A stretch of DNA of 64,000 bases, from assembly GCF_022846255.1 (NCBI RefSeq), contig NZ_AP025682.1. The stretch is one strand, 5' to 3'. The DNA is from Escherichia coli. Its GTDB lineage: Bacteria; Pseudomonadota; Gammaproteobacteria; Enterobacterales; Enterobacteriaceae. Shown here piece after piece: positions 1 to 9,983 of the stretch (the first letter of the stretch is position 1; every line of letters begins with the position of its first letter). The translations under genes were made by a program, and so were the position numbers. The notes below the pieces were generated by a model. It was not told the origin of the DNA. It saw only the letters and a list, made by a program, of their open reading frames with translations, and searched no databases.

Positions 1-749
1 GGTTTTATTCCCAGTGCGCAAAATATGATTTTATTGGCTCACGGCGTGATGGTGGATTTGCCGAATATATTGTCGTTAAGCGAAACAATGTCTTTGCACT
101 ACCTGCGGATATGCCTATTGAGGATGGCGCTTTTATTGAACCGATTACTGTTGGCCTGCATGCGTTCCATTTAGCGCAAGGATGTGAGAATAAAAACGTT
201 ATTATTATTGGTGCCGGAACCATTGGCCTGCTGGCAATTCAGTGCGCTGTCGCGTTGGGAGCAAAGAGTGTGACGGCTATCGACATTAGCTCAGAAAAAC
301 TGGCACTGGCAAAATCTTTCGGTGCGATGCAAACATTTAACAGCCGTGAAATGAGCGCGCCGCAAATACAGGGCGTTTTACGCGATCTGCGCTTTAATCA
401 GCTTATCCTCGAGACGGCTGGCGTCCCGCAAACCGTCGAACTGGCGGTAGAGATTGCCGGTCCTCATGCCCAACTGGCGCTGGTAGGCACGTTGCATCAG
501 GATCTGCATTTAACATCGGCAACGTTTGGCAAAATATTGCGTAAAGAGCTGACGGTTATCGGCAGTTGGATGAACTACTCCAGCCCTTGGCCGGGGCAGG
601 AGTGGGAAACGGCGAGCCGGTTGCTGACAGAACGTAAGTTAAGCCTGGAGCCATTAATCGCTCACCGTGGAAGCTTTGAAAGCTTCGCCCAGGCGGTGCG
701 TGACATCGCTCGTAATGCCATGCCGGGCAAAGTGTTGCTCATTCCCTGA
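1..749 (+). CDS. gatD: galactitol-1-phosphate 5-dehydrogenase (Zn-dependent alcohol dehydrogenase family), 5'-truncated by the window start; frame begins at nt 3
   Basis: The open frame runs from nt 3 with no stop until 749. The translation (FYSQCAKYDFIGSRRDGGFAEYIVVK...GKVLLIP) matches the GatD C-terminal half, including the GAGTIG Rossmann motif. Confidence 0.9.
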   Translation, partial: FYSQCAKYDFIGSRRDGGFAEYIVVKRNNVFALPADMPIEDGAFIEPITVGLHAFHLAQGCENKNVIIIGAGTIGLLAIQCAVALGAKSVTAIDISSEKLALAKSFGAMQTFNSREMSAPQIQGVLRDLRFNQLILETAGVPQTVELAVEIAGPHAQLALVGTLHQDLHLTSATFGKILRKELTVIGSWMNYSSPWPGQEWETASRLLTERKLSLEPLIAHRGSFESFAQAVRDIARNAMPGKVLLIP

Positions 750-754
750 AACCG

Positions 755-785
755 CGGGCCAGCGTGATGCTGGCCCGGTATTGTG
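755..785 (+). terminator. putative intrinsic terminator after gatD (9-bp GC-rich stem cgggccagc/gctggcccg, loop gtgat, then T-containing tail)
   Basis: Perfect inverted repeat immediately 3' of the gatD stop codon, read directly from the sequence. Confidence 0.4.
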
Positions 786-848
786 CAAAACAGATCATTC
801 ACCAATGGTCCCCCTTCGTTTACACTAGCCACAATTGAATATGGGTAA

Positions 849-1628
849 ATGACGATGAATTCATTCGAGCGAAGGAATAAGATCATCCAATTAGTGAATG
901 AACAGGGAACCGTGCTTGTTCAGGATCTGGCGGGAGTATTTGCTGCCTCGGAAGCGACAATCCGTGCCGATTTGCGCTTTCTCGAACAAAAAGGCGTGGT
1001 TACGCGCTTTCATGGCGGTGCGGCGAAAATAATGTCCGGTAATAGTGAAACCGAGACCCAGGAAGTCGGGTTTAAAGAGCGATTTCAGCTCGCCAGCGCG
1101 CCAAAAAACAGAATAGCGCAGGCGGCAGTCAAAATGATCCACGAAGGGATGACCGTTATTCTCGACAGCGGAAGTACGACAATGCTTATCGCCGAAGGAT
1201 TAATGACCGCCAAAAATATCACGGTGATTACCAACAGTCTCCCGGCAGCATTTGCCCTTTCCGAAAATAAAGACATTACTCTGGTCGTCTGCGGTGGGAC
1301 CGTCCGCCATAAAACACGCTCGATGCATGGCTCCATTGCTGAGCGTTCATTGCAGGATATTAATGCCGATTTAATGTTTGTCGGTGCTGATGGTATTGAT
1401 GCGGTTAATGGTATTACGACCTTTAATGAAGGCTATTCGATTAGCGGGGCGATGGTCACAGCCGCAAATAAAGTGATTGCCGTTCTCGATTCATCGAAAT
1501 TTAATCGTCGCGGTTTTAATCAGGTACTGCCAATCGAAAAAATTGACATTATTATTACCGATGATGCTGTGTCTGAGGTGGATAAACTGGCATTGCAGAA
1601 GACACGGGTAAAGTTAATTACGGTGTAG
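849..1628 (+). CDS. gatR: DeoR-family transcriptional repressor of the galactitol operon; appears intact (259 aa)
   Basis: Uninterrupted ORF with an N-terminal DeoR HTH (QDLAGVFAASEATIRADLRFLEQKG) and a C-terminal sugar-phosphate-binding domain, directly downstream of gatD. The start could be 849 or 855. Confidence 0.85.
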   Translation: MTMNSFERRNKIIQLVNEQGTVLVQDLAGVFAASEATIRADLRFLEQKGVVTRFHGGAAKIMSGNSETETQEVGFKERFQLASAPKNRIAQAAVKMIHEGMTVILDSGSTTMLIAEGLMTAKNITVITNSLPAAFALSENKDITLVVCGGTVRHKTRSMHGSIAERSLQDINADLMFVGADGIDAVNGITTFNEGYSISGAMVTAANKVIAVLDSSKFNRRGFNQVLPIEKIDIIITDDAVSEVDKLALQKTRVKLITV

Positions 1629-1640
1629 TATTGTTCTGTA

Positions 1641-1672
1641 TGCCGGATAAGGTGTTTACACCGCATCCGGCA
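1641..1672. repeat. REP-like palindromic element (tgccggataagg...ccgcatccggca)
   Basis: GCCGGATAAGG / CCGCATCCGGC inverted repeat typical of enterobacterial REP sequences, between the convergent gatR and yegS. Confidence 0.5.
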
Positions 1673-1709
1673 TTACGGATTCTCCCTGGTTCAACAGAGA
1701 ATAGTTTGA

Positions 1710-2609
1710 TTAACGCAATAATGGACAATCTGGTGGTAATCGACAACGCAACGCCGCCGGAAGTATTTCAATATGGAAGTTTTGCCCACTCAACGGTTCG
1801 CCATCAAGATTAAAAGTGATTTCGTGTGGGGCTTGTATATCAAACCACGACGAAGCGCCTTCGATAATATTCGGGTTATCTTCGTCAGATTTTAATGTTG
1901 ATACGAGAGCCGGAAGAATTTCATCGCCGGTAAAAATGCGCAGTTGCAGCAAGCCATCGTTAATTAACGCGTTCGGGCACAATTGCTGACCGCCACCGGC
2001 CTGACGCCCGTTACCAATACCAATGACCAGGGCGTCACCTTGCCAGTGAAAGTTTTCACCGCGGATTTCACAACGGTCCGGTTGCAGAGTATCCATGCGC
2101 ATTAAGCCATGAATGATGTAAGAGACGCCACCCAGCGCGGCTTTTAATTTTTCCGGCGTTTCTGTGGTAATACGCGTCCCAAATCCGCCTGTCGCCATAT
2201 TAATAAAACAGGTTTGTTTGTTGACCTGCGCCATATCTATCGCAATGGCGTTACCGGCAATTGCCAGTTTCAGCGCCTTATCCAGTGCCTCAGGAATCCC
2301 TACACTGGTGGCAAAATCATTGGCGGTTCCTAATGGCAAAATTCCCAGCGCGGGTATGTCATCCCCCTCACACTGAATCAACGCCGTAGAAACTTCATTA
2401 ATGGTGCCATCGCCACCACCGGCAATCACCGTTGCGACGCCCAACTTCCGGGCCTCCTCTACATATCGTGCGGCATCGCCTTTCTCCCAGGTGACCCGCA
2501 CATGGATCGTCATTCCTTCCTCACGCAACAGCATAATTGCTTCGCGCAAGGGTAAATTGTCAGTACTTTTGCCATTAAGAATCAGTAAGCTGGCGGGAAA
2601 TTCTGCCAT
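1710..2609 (-). CDS. yegS: lipid kinase YegS (diacylglycerol-kinase-like catalytic domain)
   Basis: 299-aa ORF starting [15 protein letters not shown] with a GGDGT motif; matches my recollection of E. coli YegS. Confidence 0.92.
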   Translation of the reverse strand: MAEFPASLLILNGKSTDNLPLREAIMLLREEGMTIHVRVTWEKGDAARYVEEARKLGVATVIAGGGDGTINEVSTALIQCEGDDIPALGILPLGTANDFATSVGIPEALDKALKLAIAGNAIAIDMAQVNKQTCFINMATGGFGTRITTETPEKLKAALGGVSYIIHGLMRMDTLQPDRCEIRGENFHWQGDALVIGIGNGRQAGGGQQLCPNALINDGLLQLRIFTGDEILPALVSTLKSDEDNPNIIEGASSWFDIQAPHEITFNLDGEPLSGQNFHIEILPAALRCRLPPDCPLLR

Positions 2610-3023
2610 GATCGTATGTGCCTTTATGATTGGTCTGTAGATAGTGTAGAGCAGAAAAGAAAAGGTAGAGTCAGAACAGGATGAAAGTCGGAGGATAAAA
2701 AGTCAGTTCAAGTATGGAAGATTCAGTGGTTACCACCAGGAGCTTGCAATGGGGACAGCGAATACTAACGGCAGCCACCGATAAATTTCAAAAAAGAGCA
2801 TATACCTAATATTCAACTAAACAGTGGCATCTTCAATATACTATTAAAAATATATTAACCCCCCCATGGGGTTACCCGGAAGGGCATCCGTGTATGTAAT
2901 TCCTACTTATGTAGGAAATGTTGTACAGAACATTTATTATAATCCTATTCAAATATAATAATCATGCCATTATTATATTTAAACACCAGAGCGTGTCGTT
3001 GGTATTTAATGGGGGAAGGTAAG

Positions 3024-3341
3024 ATGAAAAAGATAGCTGCTATATCATTAATTAGTGTTTTTCTTATGTCTGGTTGTGCTGTGCATAATGATGAGACAAG
3101 TATCGGTAAATTTGGCCTTGCATATAAAAGTAATATTCAGCGTAAACTCGATAACCAATACTACACCGAAGCCGAAGCTTCTTTAGCCAGGGGCAGAATT
3201 TCTGGTGCAGAAAATATAGTAAAAAATGATGCAGCTCATTTCTGTGTTACTCAGGGAAAAAAAATGCAGATAGTTGACCTGAAGACAGAAGGTGCAGGAT
3301 TACATGGCGTCGCTCGTCTGACATTCAAATGTGGAGAGTGA
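3024..3341 (+). CDS. yegR: small lipoprotein YegR
   Basis: Start ATG at 3024 preceded by a ggaagg RBS; signal peptide with lipobox (FLMSGC); 105 aa, consistent with YegR. The supplied ORF (2964) has a 20-aa N-terminal extension that I reject. Confidence 0.8.
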   Translation: MKKIAAISLISVFLMSGCAVHNDETSIGKFGLAYKSNIQRKLDNQYYTEAEASLARGRISGAENIVKNDAAHFCVTQGKKMQIVDLKTEGAGLHGVARLTFKCGE

Positions 3342-3498
3342 GAATATTTTTTGGTAAGCGTCAAACATGCGCGTTCTGGCTGTGCGTAACCGGAACCTGT
3401 GCGAGCACGATGCCAATAAGTGAAAGGCATCGTGCTATGAGGGGAGATTCTATCGATGTGGTCAATGGAAGACGGTTACCAGGATACGGCTTATGCAT

Positions 3499-3585
3499 AA
3501 AAAATAAGCCCGTGTAAGGGAGATTACACAGGCTAAGGAGGTGGTTCCTGGTACAGCTAGCATTTTATGGGTTATGTTTTTCAGC
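3499..3585 (-). ncRNA. cyaR: CyaR (RyeE) Hfq-dependent sRNA
   Basis: The reverse complement of 3499-3585 matches the 87-nt CyaR sequence as I recall it (GCTGAAAAACATAACCCATAAAATGCTAGCTGTACCAGGAACCACCTCCTTAGCC...CGGGCTTATTTTTT), including its intrinsic terminator, and lies immediately 3' of yegQ as expected. Confidence 0.85.
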
Positions 3586-3619
3586 GAAACGGATGATAAC
3601 CTTAATAAATGCAGCTGTA

Positions 3620-3635
3620 TGTGATCGGTTTCTAA
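3620..3635 (-). promoter_or_regulatory. putative class II CRP site of the cyaR promoter (TGTGA-N6-TCTAA on plus strand)
   Basis: A TGTGA half-site plus a degenerate partner, centred about 42 bp upstream of the CyaR 5' end; CyaR is known to be CRP-activated. Confidence 0.5.
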
Positions 3636-3669
3636 GAATTTTCCATCCGGGAAAAATAATCGAAATTAA

Positions 3670-5031
3670 TCACTTACCGTGGGGGTTACGCGTGGTTTCC
3701 CCGGAGAAATTACGCATCAGCAGCGCGTAATTTAGCTCAAGATCCTGCGGCACCGGGATCCACACAGTATAACCATCGCCCGGTGCGACCGGCATTGCTT
3801 CGCCTTTGGCGTTTTCCATATGCTCAAGGGTAAAGTTAATGTTCCCTTGCGGCGTCATCAGCTCAAGGCTGTCGCCAACGGAGAATTTATTTTTCACCGC
3901 TACCGCCGCGAGGTCGCCCTTGCGCTCACCGGTAAACTCACCAACAAACTGCTGGCGGTCAGAAACTGAATAACCGTATTCGTAGTTCTGATAATCGTCG
4001 TGAGTATGACGACGCAGGAAACCTTCGGTATAGCCACGATGCGCCAGACCTTCCAGAGTTTCCAGCAGGCTGGTATCGAACGGTTTGCCCGCAGCGGCAT
4101 CATCGATAGCTTTACGGTAAACCTGCGCGGTGCGTGCGCAATAGTAGAAAGATTTGGTACGACCTTCGATTTTCAGCGAATGCACGCCCATTTTGGTCAG
4201 GCGTTCTACATGGGCGATGGCGCGCAGATCTTTCGAGTTCATGATGTAAGTGCCGTGCTCATCTTCAAACGCGGTCATATACTCGCCCGGACGCTGGGCT
4301 TCTTCGATCATAAACACTTTGTCGGTTGGCGCGCCGATACCCAGCGTCGGCTCAACATTTTGCACCGGAATCGGCTCGTACTTGTGTACGATGTTGCCAA
4401 CGTCATCTTCTTTCCCTTCCTGGACGTTGTACTCCCAGCGGCAGGCGTTGGTGCAGGTACCCTGGTTCGGGTCGCGCTTGTTGATATAGCCAGAGAGCAG
4501 GCAGCGACCGGAGTAGGCCATGCACAGCGCGCCGTGAACGAAGATCTCGATCTCCATATCCGGCACCTGATTGCGGATCTCTTCAATCTCTTCCAGCGAC
4601 AGCTCGCGAGAGAGGATCACGCGGGTCAGTCCCATTTGCTGCCAGAATTTCACCGTCGCCCAGTTCACGGCGTTAGCCTGTACCGAGAGATGGATCGGCA
4701 TTTCAGGGAAGTGCTCGCGCACCAGCATAATCAGCCCCGGATCGGACATAATCAGCGCATCCGGCCCCATTTCCACCACCGGTTTCAGGTCACGGATAAA
4801 GGTTTTCAGCTTGGCGTTGTGCGGTGCAATGTTGACCACAACATAAAACTTTTTCCCCAGCGCGTGGGCTTCATTGATGCCGAGCTGAAGATTTTCGTGG
4901 TTGAATTCGTTGTTGCGCACACGCAGGGAGTAACGCGGCTGGCCCGCATAAACAGCATCTGCGCCATAAGCGAAAGCGTAACGCATATTTTTCAGCGTTC
5001 CCGCCGGGGAAAGGAGTTCCGGTTTAAACAT
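3670..5031 (-). CDS. yegQ: peptidase U32-family protein YegQ (TrhP, tRNA ho5U34 hydroxylation)
   Basis: 453-aa ORF with U32 family signatures (MFKPELLSPAG...collagenase-like); length and position as expected for yegQ. Confidence 0.92.
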   Translation of the reverse strand: MFKPELLSPAGTLKNMRYAFAYGADAVYAGQPRYSLRVRNNEFNHENLQLGINEAHALGKKFYVVVNIAPHNAKLKTFIRDLKPVVEMGPDALIMSDPGLIMLVREHFPEMPIHLSVQANAVNWATVKFWQQMGLTRVILSRELSLEEIEEIRNQVPDMEIEIFVHGALCMAYSGRCLLSGYINKRDPNQGTCTNACRWEYNVQEGKEDDVGNIVHKYEPIPVQNVEPTLGIGAPTDKVFMIEEAQRPGEYMTAFEDEHGTYIMNSKDLRAIAHVERLTKMGVHSLKIEGRTKSFYYCARTAQVYRKAIDDAAAGKPFDTSLLETLEGLAHRGYTEGFLRRHTHDDYQNYEYGYSVSDRQQFVGEFTGERKGDLAAVAVKNKFSVGDSLELMTPQGNINFTLEHMENAKGEAMPVAPGDGYTVWIPVPQDLELNYALLMRNFSGETTRNPHGK

Positions 5032-5133
5032 AATTCTCTCGTTCTGATGACAGGTCAGATCCGCTTCACCTGATGAAGCGGTTAGGGGAGTGCCCCCACT
5101 TTAAGGGCGGGCATTGTAGCGCAATCGGCGGGT

Positions 5134-5430
5134 TTAGCTCCAGTGTAAATGTCTGGAGGCGTCCTGGTTTTGGTTAAGGATACGAATGACGATAATTTCC
5201 TCTGGTGATTGCAGGAAATAAATTACGTGGCGTTCAAAAGGAAGAACAAAAATACCTTCGCCTAATTCAGGTCTGGGTGTACCTATATTATTGTTACTCA
5301 GAATCTGGAGAACGTCTGAAAGATGTTCCACATATCTGTCGGCTTGTGGTTCGCCGAAATGGTGATAGCTGTAATACCAGATGCCTTCTAAATCCTCATT
5401 GGCTTTTGGCATGAGTTTTATAGTACGCAC
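5134..5430 (-). CDS. RelE/ParE-superfamily type II toxin (ParE-like)
   Basis: About 92-98 aa; ParE-like segments (EDLEGIWYY..FGEPQADRYVEHL...HVIYFLQSPEEIIVIRIL); directly downstream of, and nearly abutting, an RHH antitoxin ORF. Start is either GTG at 5430 or ATG at 5412. Confidence 0.75.
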   Translation of the reverse strand: MRTIKLMPKANEDLEGIWYYSYHHFGEPQADRYVEHLSDVLQILSNNNIGTPRPELGEGIFVLPFERHVIYFLQSPEEIIVIRILNQNQDASRHLHWS

Positions 5431-5431
5431 A

Positions 5432-5683
5432 TTATTTCCTTATCCCTGCTTTCACCTTCCGTAAAAACGCGTCCTTTTCCCACGGCTGAGCTTCACCACT
5501 ACTCAACCCTTCAGCGAGCATGTCACGTAACGCTTGCAGGCGAGACTCTGCTTGCTTTTCTCGAAGTAAGCGCAGCGACTCACGGATCACTTCGCTTTGG
5601 GTGCGATAGTCGCCGGATTCAATTAAGGACTCGATAAATTCACGCAACTCATCGCCGAGATCAACCGTCATCGTTCTGGCCAT
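5432..5683 (-). CDS. ParD-like (RHH/COG3609) type II antitoxin
   Basis: 83-aa product from ATG at 5683 (MARTMTVDLGDELREFIESLIESGDYRTQSEVIRESLRLLREKQ...); ribbon-helix-helix ParD signature; stop 1 nt before the toxin start. The supplied ORF extends to 5728. Confidence 0.75.
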   Translation of the reverse strand: MARTMTVDLGDELREFIESLIESGDYRTQSEVIRESLRLLREKQAESRLQALRDMLAEGLSSGEAQPWEKDAFLRKVKAGIRK

Positions 5684-5890
5684 TTTACGCCCGCCTGTAA
5701 GTAAAAATCTTACATCAGTGTATTTCATAAACCGGATAGCGTCACGAAAGTATTAGAAGATATTTTGGCATATGAACATGTTCAGGAAGATAAGTATGGG
5801 ATGGTAAACAAAGAAAGCACAACGAGTGCTTGTCAGTGCCCACTATTTTAATGGCGGAGGTTAATCTTAATTATCAATAACTAAGAGTTG

Positions 5891-5929
5891 TTTTGATATA
5901 AAGCCGGACGCCAACAACCCACGCCCGGC
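5891..5929 (-). terminator. putative intrinsic terminator downstream of yegP
   Basis: On the minus strand a GC-rich hairpin (gccgggcg...cgtccggc) followed by TTTATATCAAAA lies immediately 3' of the yegP stop. Confidence 0.5.
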
Positions 5930-5936
5930 ATCGTAA

Positions 5937-6269
5937 TTACGTATTGTCTTTTACCGTCTGACTTGTGCCATTGGCTTTAACGGAGGCAATTCCGGTTTCA
6001 CGAGATTGCGCGGTGGCGTACATCTGGCTGGAGCCGATAATTTGATGATTGGCGGCTTTCAGATTGAAATAGAATTTGCCGTTGCTTGCCGTTTTTTTCT
6101 CATAGCGTTCTTCTTGCGGGCTGTTGCTACGTACCGACGCGATGCCCTTTTCCGCAGAGGCTTTTGAGGTATACAGCTCGCTGGTGAGGATAGTCTCACC
6201 ATTGCCCGCTTTTAGCACAAACCGGAACTGATTATCACTGCTCTTACTGAGTTCAAACCAACCAGCCAT
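5937..6269 (-). CDS. yegP: UPF0339/DUF1508 tandem-repeat small protein YegP
   Basis: 110 aa from ATG at 6269 with a strong RBS (aaggagtcATG); MAGWFELSKSSDNQFRFVLKAGNGE... followed by an internal repeat (KFYFNLKAANHQIIGSSQMY). Confidence 0.85.
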   Translation of the reverse strand: MAGWFELSKSSDNQFRFVLKAGNGETILTSELYTSKASAEKGIASVRSNSPQEERYEKKTASNGKFYFNLKAANHQIIGSSQMYATAQSRETGIASVKANGTSQTVKDNT

Positions 6270-6448
6270 AATGACTCCTTGATTGAAATTGCGTATCGAA
6301 AACAGCATCTAAAGGTACTGTTTGCCAATTAAAGTATGAGCGATTTTCTGGTGCCTGCCAGGGCGGAGAGATAATGTCAGTTTGCTGACCATGCGTGGGA
6401 TAATGTTGCCGGATCTGGTCTGAAGGCCATCTCCGGCAGGTAAAAATG

Positions 6449-7171
6449 TTAAACGATGCGGCAGGCATCGGCTTCCCAGCGGTAACCGACGCCGTAAACG
6501 GCGCGGATAAATGACTGTTCGGCGTCGAGAGATTCCAGCTTGCGGCGCAGGTTTTTAATGTGGCTGTCGATGGTACGGTCAGTTACCACGCGGTAGTCGT
6601 CATAAAGATGGTTCAGCAACTGCTCGCGGGAGAACACTTTTCCTGGTTCATGAGAGAGCGTTTTCAGCAGACGAAATTCTGCAGGCGTCAGGTCAAGCAT
6701 TTTACCGCGCCATGAAGCCTGAAAACGACCTTCGTCGATAATCAACGGGCTTTCAGCATCCTGTTGCTGCAACTCACGCTGCGGTTTGCAACGGCGCAAA
6801 ATGGTTTTGACGCGCGCTACCACTTCCCGTGGGCTGTACGGTTTGCAGATGTAGTCATCTGCGCCAATCTCCAGCCCGAGCAGGCGGTCGATCTCTTCGA
6901 TTTTTGCTGTCACCATCACGATCGGAATGTCAGAAAAACGACGAATCTCCCGACACAACGTCAGGCCATCGGTGCCAGGGAGCATCAGATCCAACAGGAT
7001 CAGATCCGGTGGTGTCTGGCGCACATATGGCAGTACCTGATCGCCGTGGCTGATAAGCGTCGGCGCATAGCTCGCAGCACGCAGATAATCAATGAGTAAC
7101 TGTCCCAGCTTCGGTTCATCTTCCACGATCAAAATACGCGGTGTGTTTTCGTCGATTGGTAACTCGGTCAT
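6449..7171 (-). CDS. baeR: OmpR-family response regulator BaeR
   Basis: 240 aa; receiver domain ([11 protein letters not shown]...[11 protein letters not shown]) plus winged-helix output domain; overlaps the baeS stop. Confidence 0.95.
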
Positions 7172-8571
7172 ACTTCTCTCTGTAAATCCCGTTCCAGCGG
7201 TAACTCTACTGTAATGCTTACCCCGCCAAAAGGCGAATGGGCAGCAATAATGCGACCATTATGTGCTTCAACAATGTTCAGGCAAATCGCCAGCCCCAGC
7301 CCGGAACCGCCGCTGGCTCGGTTGCGGGAGCCTTCGGTGCGATAAAAACGTTCAAACAATTTTTGTAGCTGATCGTCACTGACGCCCGGCGCGCTGTCGG
7401 CAAAGGTCAGGCGCACCGTTTTGTCGTGCTGCTCGGCAGAGATTATCAGGCTACCGCCGCTGTCAGTGTAGCGCAGGCTGTTTTCCAGTAAGTTATTGAA
7501 TAACTGCATTAAACGGTCGCGATCGCCAAATACGGTAATACTGTCTGGCAGGGAAAATTGCAGTTTCAGGCCACGGCTGGCGAATCGTTCGCGAAATGCG
7601 CCGCCCGCCACTTCCAGCAGTGGGATCAAATCTACCGGTGCTTTTTGATAGGCGAGAGCGCCTTCATCAGACATCGACAACTGATGGAGATCGTCAACCA
7701 GTTTGGTCAGTGTACCGACCTCCGCCTGTAAAGACGCCACCGTCTCCGGCGTGAATTTACGCACGCCATCCTGAATGGCTTCCAGTTCACCGCGCAGCAC
7801 CGCTAATGGCGTACGCAGTTCGTGAGAAATATCGGCCATAAAATCGCGCCGCATTTGCTGGTTTTTCTCCAGCGTGCTGGCAAGCTGGTTGAAGTCTTGC
7901 GCCAGTTTGCCCAATTCATCTTCACTGGTGGGCGTCACGCGAGTAGTGAAATCGCCCGCTGCCAGTTTGTGTGTACCGTCCACCAGTCGTTTGACCGGAG
8001 CCAGCAAACCGCGCGCCAGTGGGAATGTCGCCAGCGCCGCTAACAAGGTAGATAAAGCGACAATCAGCCAACTGGTTTGCCTCTGTTGTCTGTCAAAATT
8101 GATATCGGTATTGCGGGTCAGTCGTTCAACAGGGGAGGCGATCACCGCACCCACTTCCGCCCCATTGACCATAATGGGCCGCCGTGTGCCGTCTGGTGGA
8201 ATCGGTGCTCGCGGGCCAACCAGCACTTTGTTGTTTTGATCAACCACCCAGAATTGCGTGCGCCAACCGTGTGGCGGCATACCGGGGCCGGGCTTATCTT
8301 CGTTGTTATCATGCTCCAGCGAACGTAGGATCTGAAATACAAAGCGATCGTTATTACGCAGGAAGCGCCAGTTCCCGTGCTGGGCGTACTGCTCACCAAG
8401 CGCATCGCCGAGCATTTGCAGCCGTTGTTCATTACCATGCTTGATGTAATCAATAAAGCCACGCTCAAAACTGATACGCACCGCCCAGTGCATACTGATC
8501 AGCAAGACAATGCAGGTGGCGAAAATCGCCAGAAACAGTTTGCCGGTAATACCGGGTCGCCAGAACTTCAT
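7168..8571 (-). CDS. baeS: envelope-stress sensor histidine kinase BaeS
   Basis: 467 aa; two transmembrane segments, HAMP, H-box ([11 protein letters not shown]) and HATPase domain. Confidence 0.95.
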
Positions 8572-9983
8572 TGCGCGCTCCTTTTTCGCCGCGAAATAGC
8601 GACATTTTGATGCGTATCGTTCGGCACTCTGGCAAAGATGAACGCCGGAAGGGCGATGATAAACGCCATGCTAAGCCAGGTGTACATAAAGACGGTTTGT
8701 GTGGTGCCGCTGTCGACGCTGACATGCTGTGAACCAAAAAGTCCCAGCAACAGCCCGGCGATAGTGACGCCGATACTCATCGACAATTGCATAATCATCG
8801 ACAGCAGGCTGTTTCCGCTGCTCGCCAGATTGTCCGGGAGATCTTTCAGCGTCAGGGTGTTCATGGAGGAGAAACGCGTTGAGTTGACCATTCCTTGTAA
8901 AAACAGGACGAACGGTAAAACGTAGTACCAGCCCAGCAGCGCGGTGGTCATAAACAACATGGTGACCAGCGACAGACCCAGCGTGGTCGCTACCAGTACC
9001 CGACGATAACCAAAGCGATTCACCACCTGTACCACAATTCGCTTCATTCCCATGCTGCCAAGCACCATCGGGATCATCATCAGTCCGGCATGAAAAGGCG
9101 AGAAACCGAGGCCAATTTGCAGGAAAACCGGCGTCATAAAGGGCAACATGCCGCTACCGATACGTCCGGCAAAGCTCCCCGCCAGGCCCAGTGAAAAGGT
9201 ACGAGTGCGGAACAGTTTCAGACTGAAAAGAGCGCGGTTGTTATTTCTGGCGTGCAGCAGATAAAGCACCAGTGCCACCACACCAACTGTGACCAGGCCA
9301 GCAATCGCCAGCGGCGATAAACCTGTACCTTTACTGCCGTCCAGCGCCAGGGTTAATACCGCCATGCCAACCGCCAGCAATAAAAAGCCGGAGAGATCAA
9401 AGCACCGCGTCTGCATGGTGTAGTTCGGCATTAACATCAGTGTGGCGATCGCGCCAATAATCCCCACCGGAATGTTGATCAAAAAGATCCAGTGCCACGA
9501 TGCGTACTCCACCAGCAGACCGCCGAGCGCCGGGCCAAGCAGCGGCCCGACCTGACCGGGCAGCGTGACAAAGGTCATCGCCGCCATATATTGCTCGCGC
9601 GGTACGATTTTCATCACCGTCAACCTACCGACCGGCACCATCATCGCGCCGCCAACGCCCTGTAACGCGCGTGCCAGCAACAGTTCGTTCAGCGTGCCGG
9701 AAAGCGCGCAAAACAGTGAACCGAGAGTAAACAGCACGATGGCGGTAAAGAAAATATTGCGCACGCCGACTTTGTCCGCCAGCCAGCCGCTGGCGGGCAG
9801 CATCACCGCCACGGTCAGTACATAAGAGACAATGACCATGTGCATATGCAACGGACTTTCCCCGAGGCTTTGCGCCATTGAGGGAAGCGCGGTGTTAACG
9901 ATGGTGGTGTCCAGCGACTGCATAAAGAAGCCGAAAGCCACAATCCACAATTGCCAGCGGGTGCTGTCGGGAAGATCTGTCAT
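8568..9983 (-). CDS. mdtD: MFS transporter MdtD
   Basis: 471 aa, 14-TM major facilitator profile; overlaps the baeS start by 4 nt. Confidence 0.93.
   Translation of the reverse strand: MTDLPDSTRWQLWIVAFGFFMQSLDTTIVNTALPSMAQSLGESPLHMHMVIVSYVLTVAVMLPASGWLADKVGVRNIFFTAIVLFTLGSLFCALSGTLNELLLARALQGVGGAMMVPVGRLTVMKIVPREQYMAAMTFVTLPGQVGPLLGPALGGLLVEYASWHWIFLINIPVGIIGAIATLMLMPNYTMQTRCFDLSGFLLLAVGMAVLTLALDGSKGTGLSPLAIAGLVTVGVVALVLYLLHARNNNRALFSLKLFRTRTFSLGLAGSFAGRIGSGMLPFMTPVFLQIGLGFSPFHAGLMMIPMVLGSMGMKRIVVQVVNRFGYRRVLVATTLGLSLVTMLFMTTALLGWYYVLPFVLFLQGMVNSTRFSSMNTLTLKDLPDNLASSGNSLLSMIMQLSMSIGVTIAGLLLGLFGSQHVSVDSGTTQTVFMYTWLSMAFIIALPAFIFARVPNDTHQNVAISRRKRSAQ

Noticed and set aside
849-1628. Insertion sequence within gatR (as in K-12)
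   Set aside because: The gatR frame is continuous for 259 codons with no transposase-like ORF or inverted repeats; no IS is present in this window.
3329-3517. 62-aa ORF on the plus strand
   Set aside because: Overlaps the CyaR sRNA on the opposite strand, has no RBS, and its sequence is not protein-like.
4000-5073. 357-aa ORF on the plus strand
   Set aside because: Lies entirely antisense to yegQ, whose translation shows clear family signatures; it is a typical shadow ORF.
5040-5100. Hairpin cgcttca-cctga-tgaagcg as a terminator for the ParE-like gene
   Set aside because: There is no U-tract on the relevant strand and it sits in the likely yegQ promoter region; it may be regulatory, but the evidence is insufficient to annotate it.
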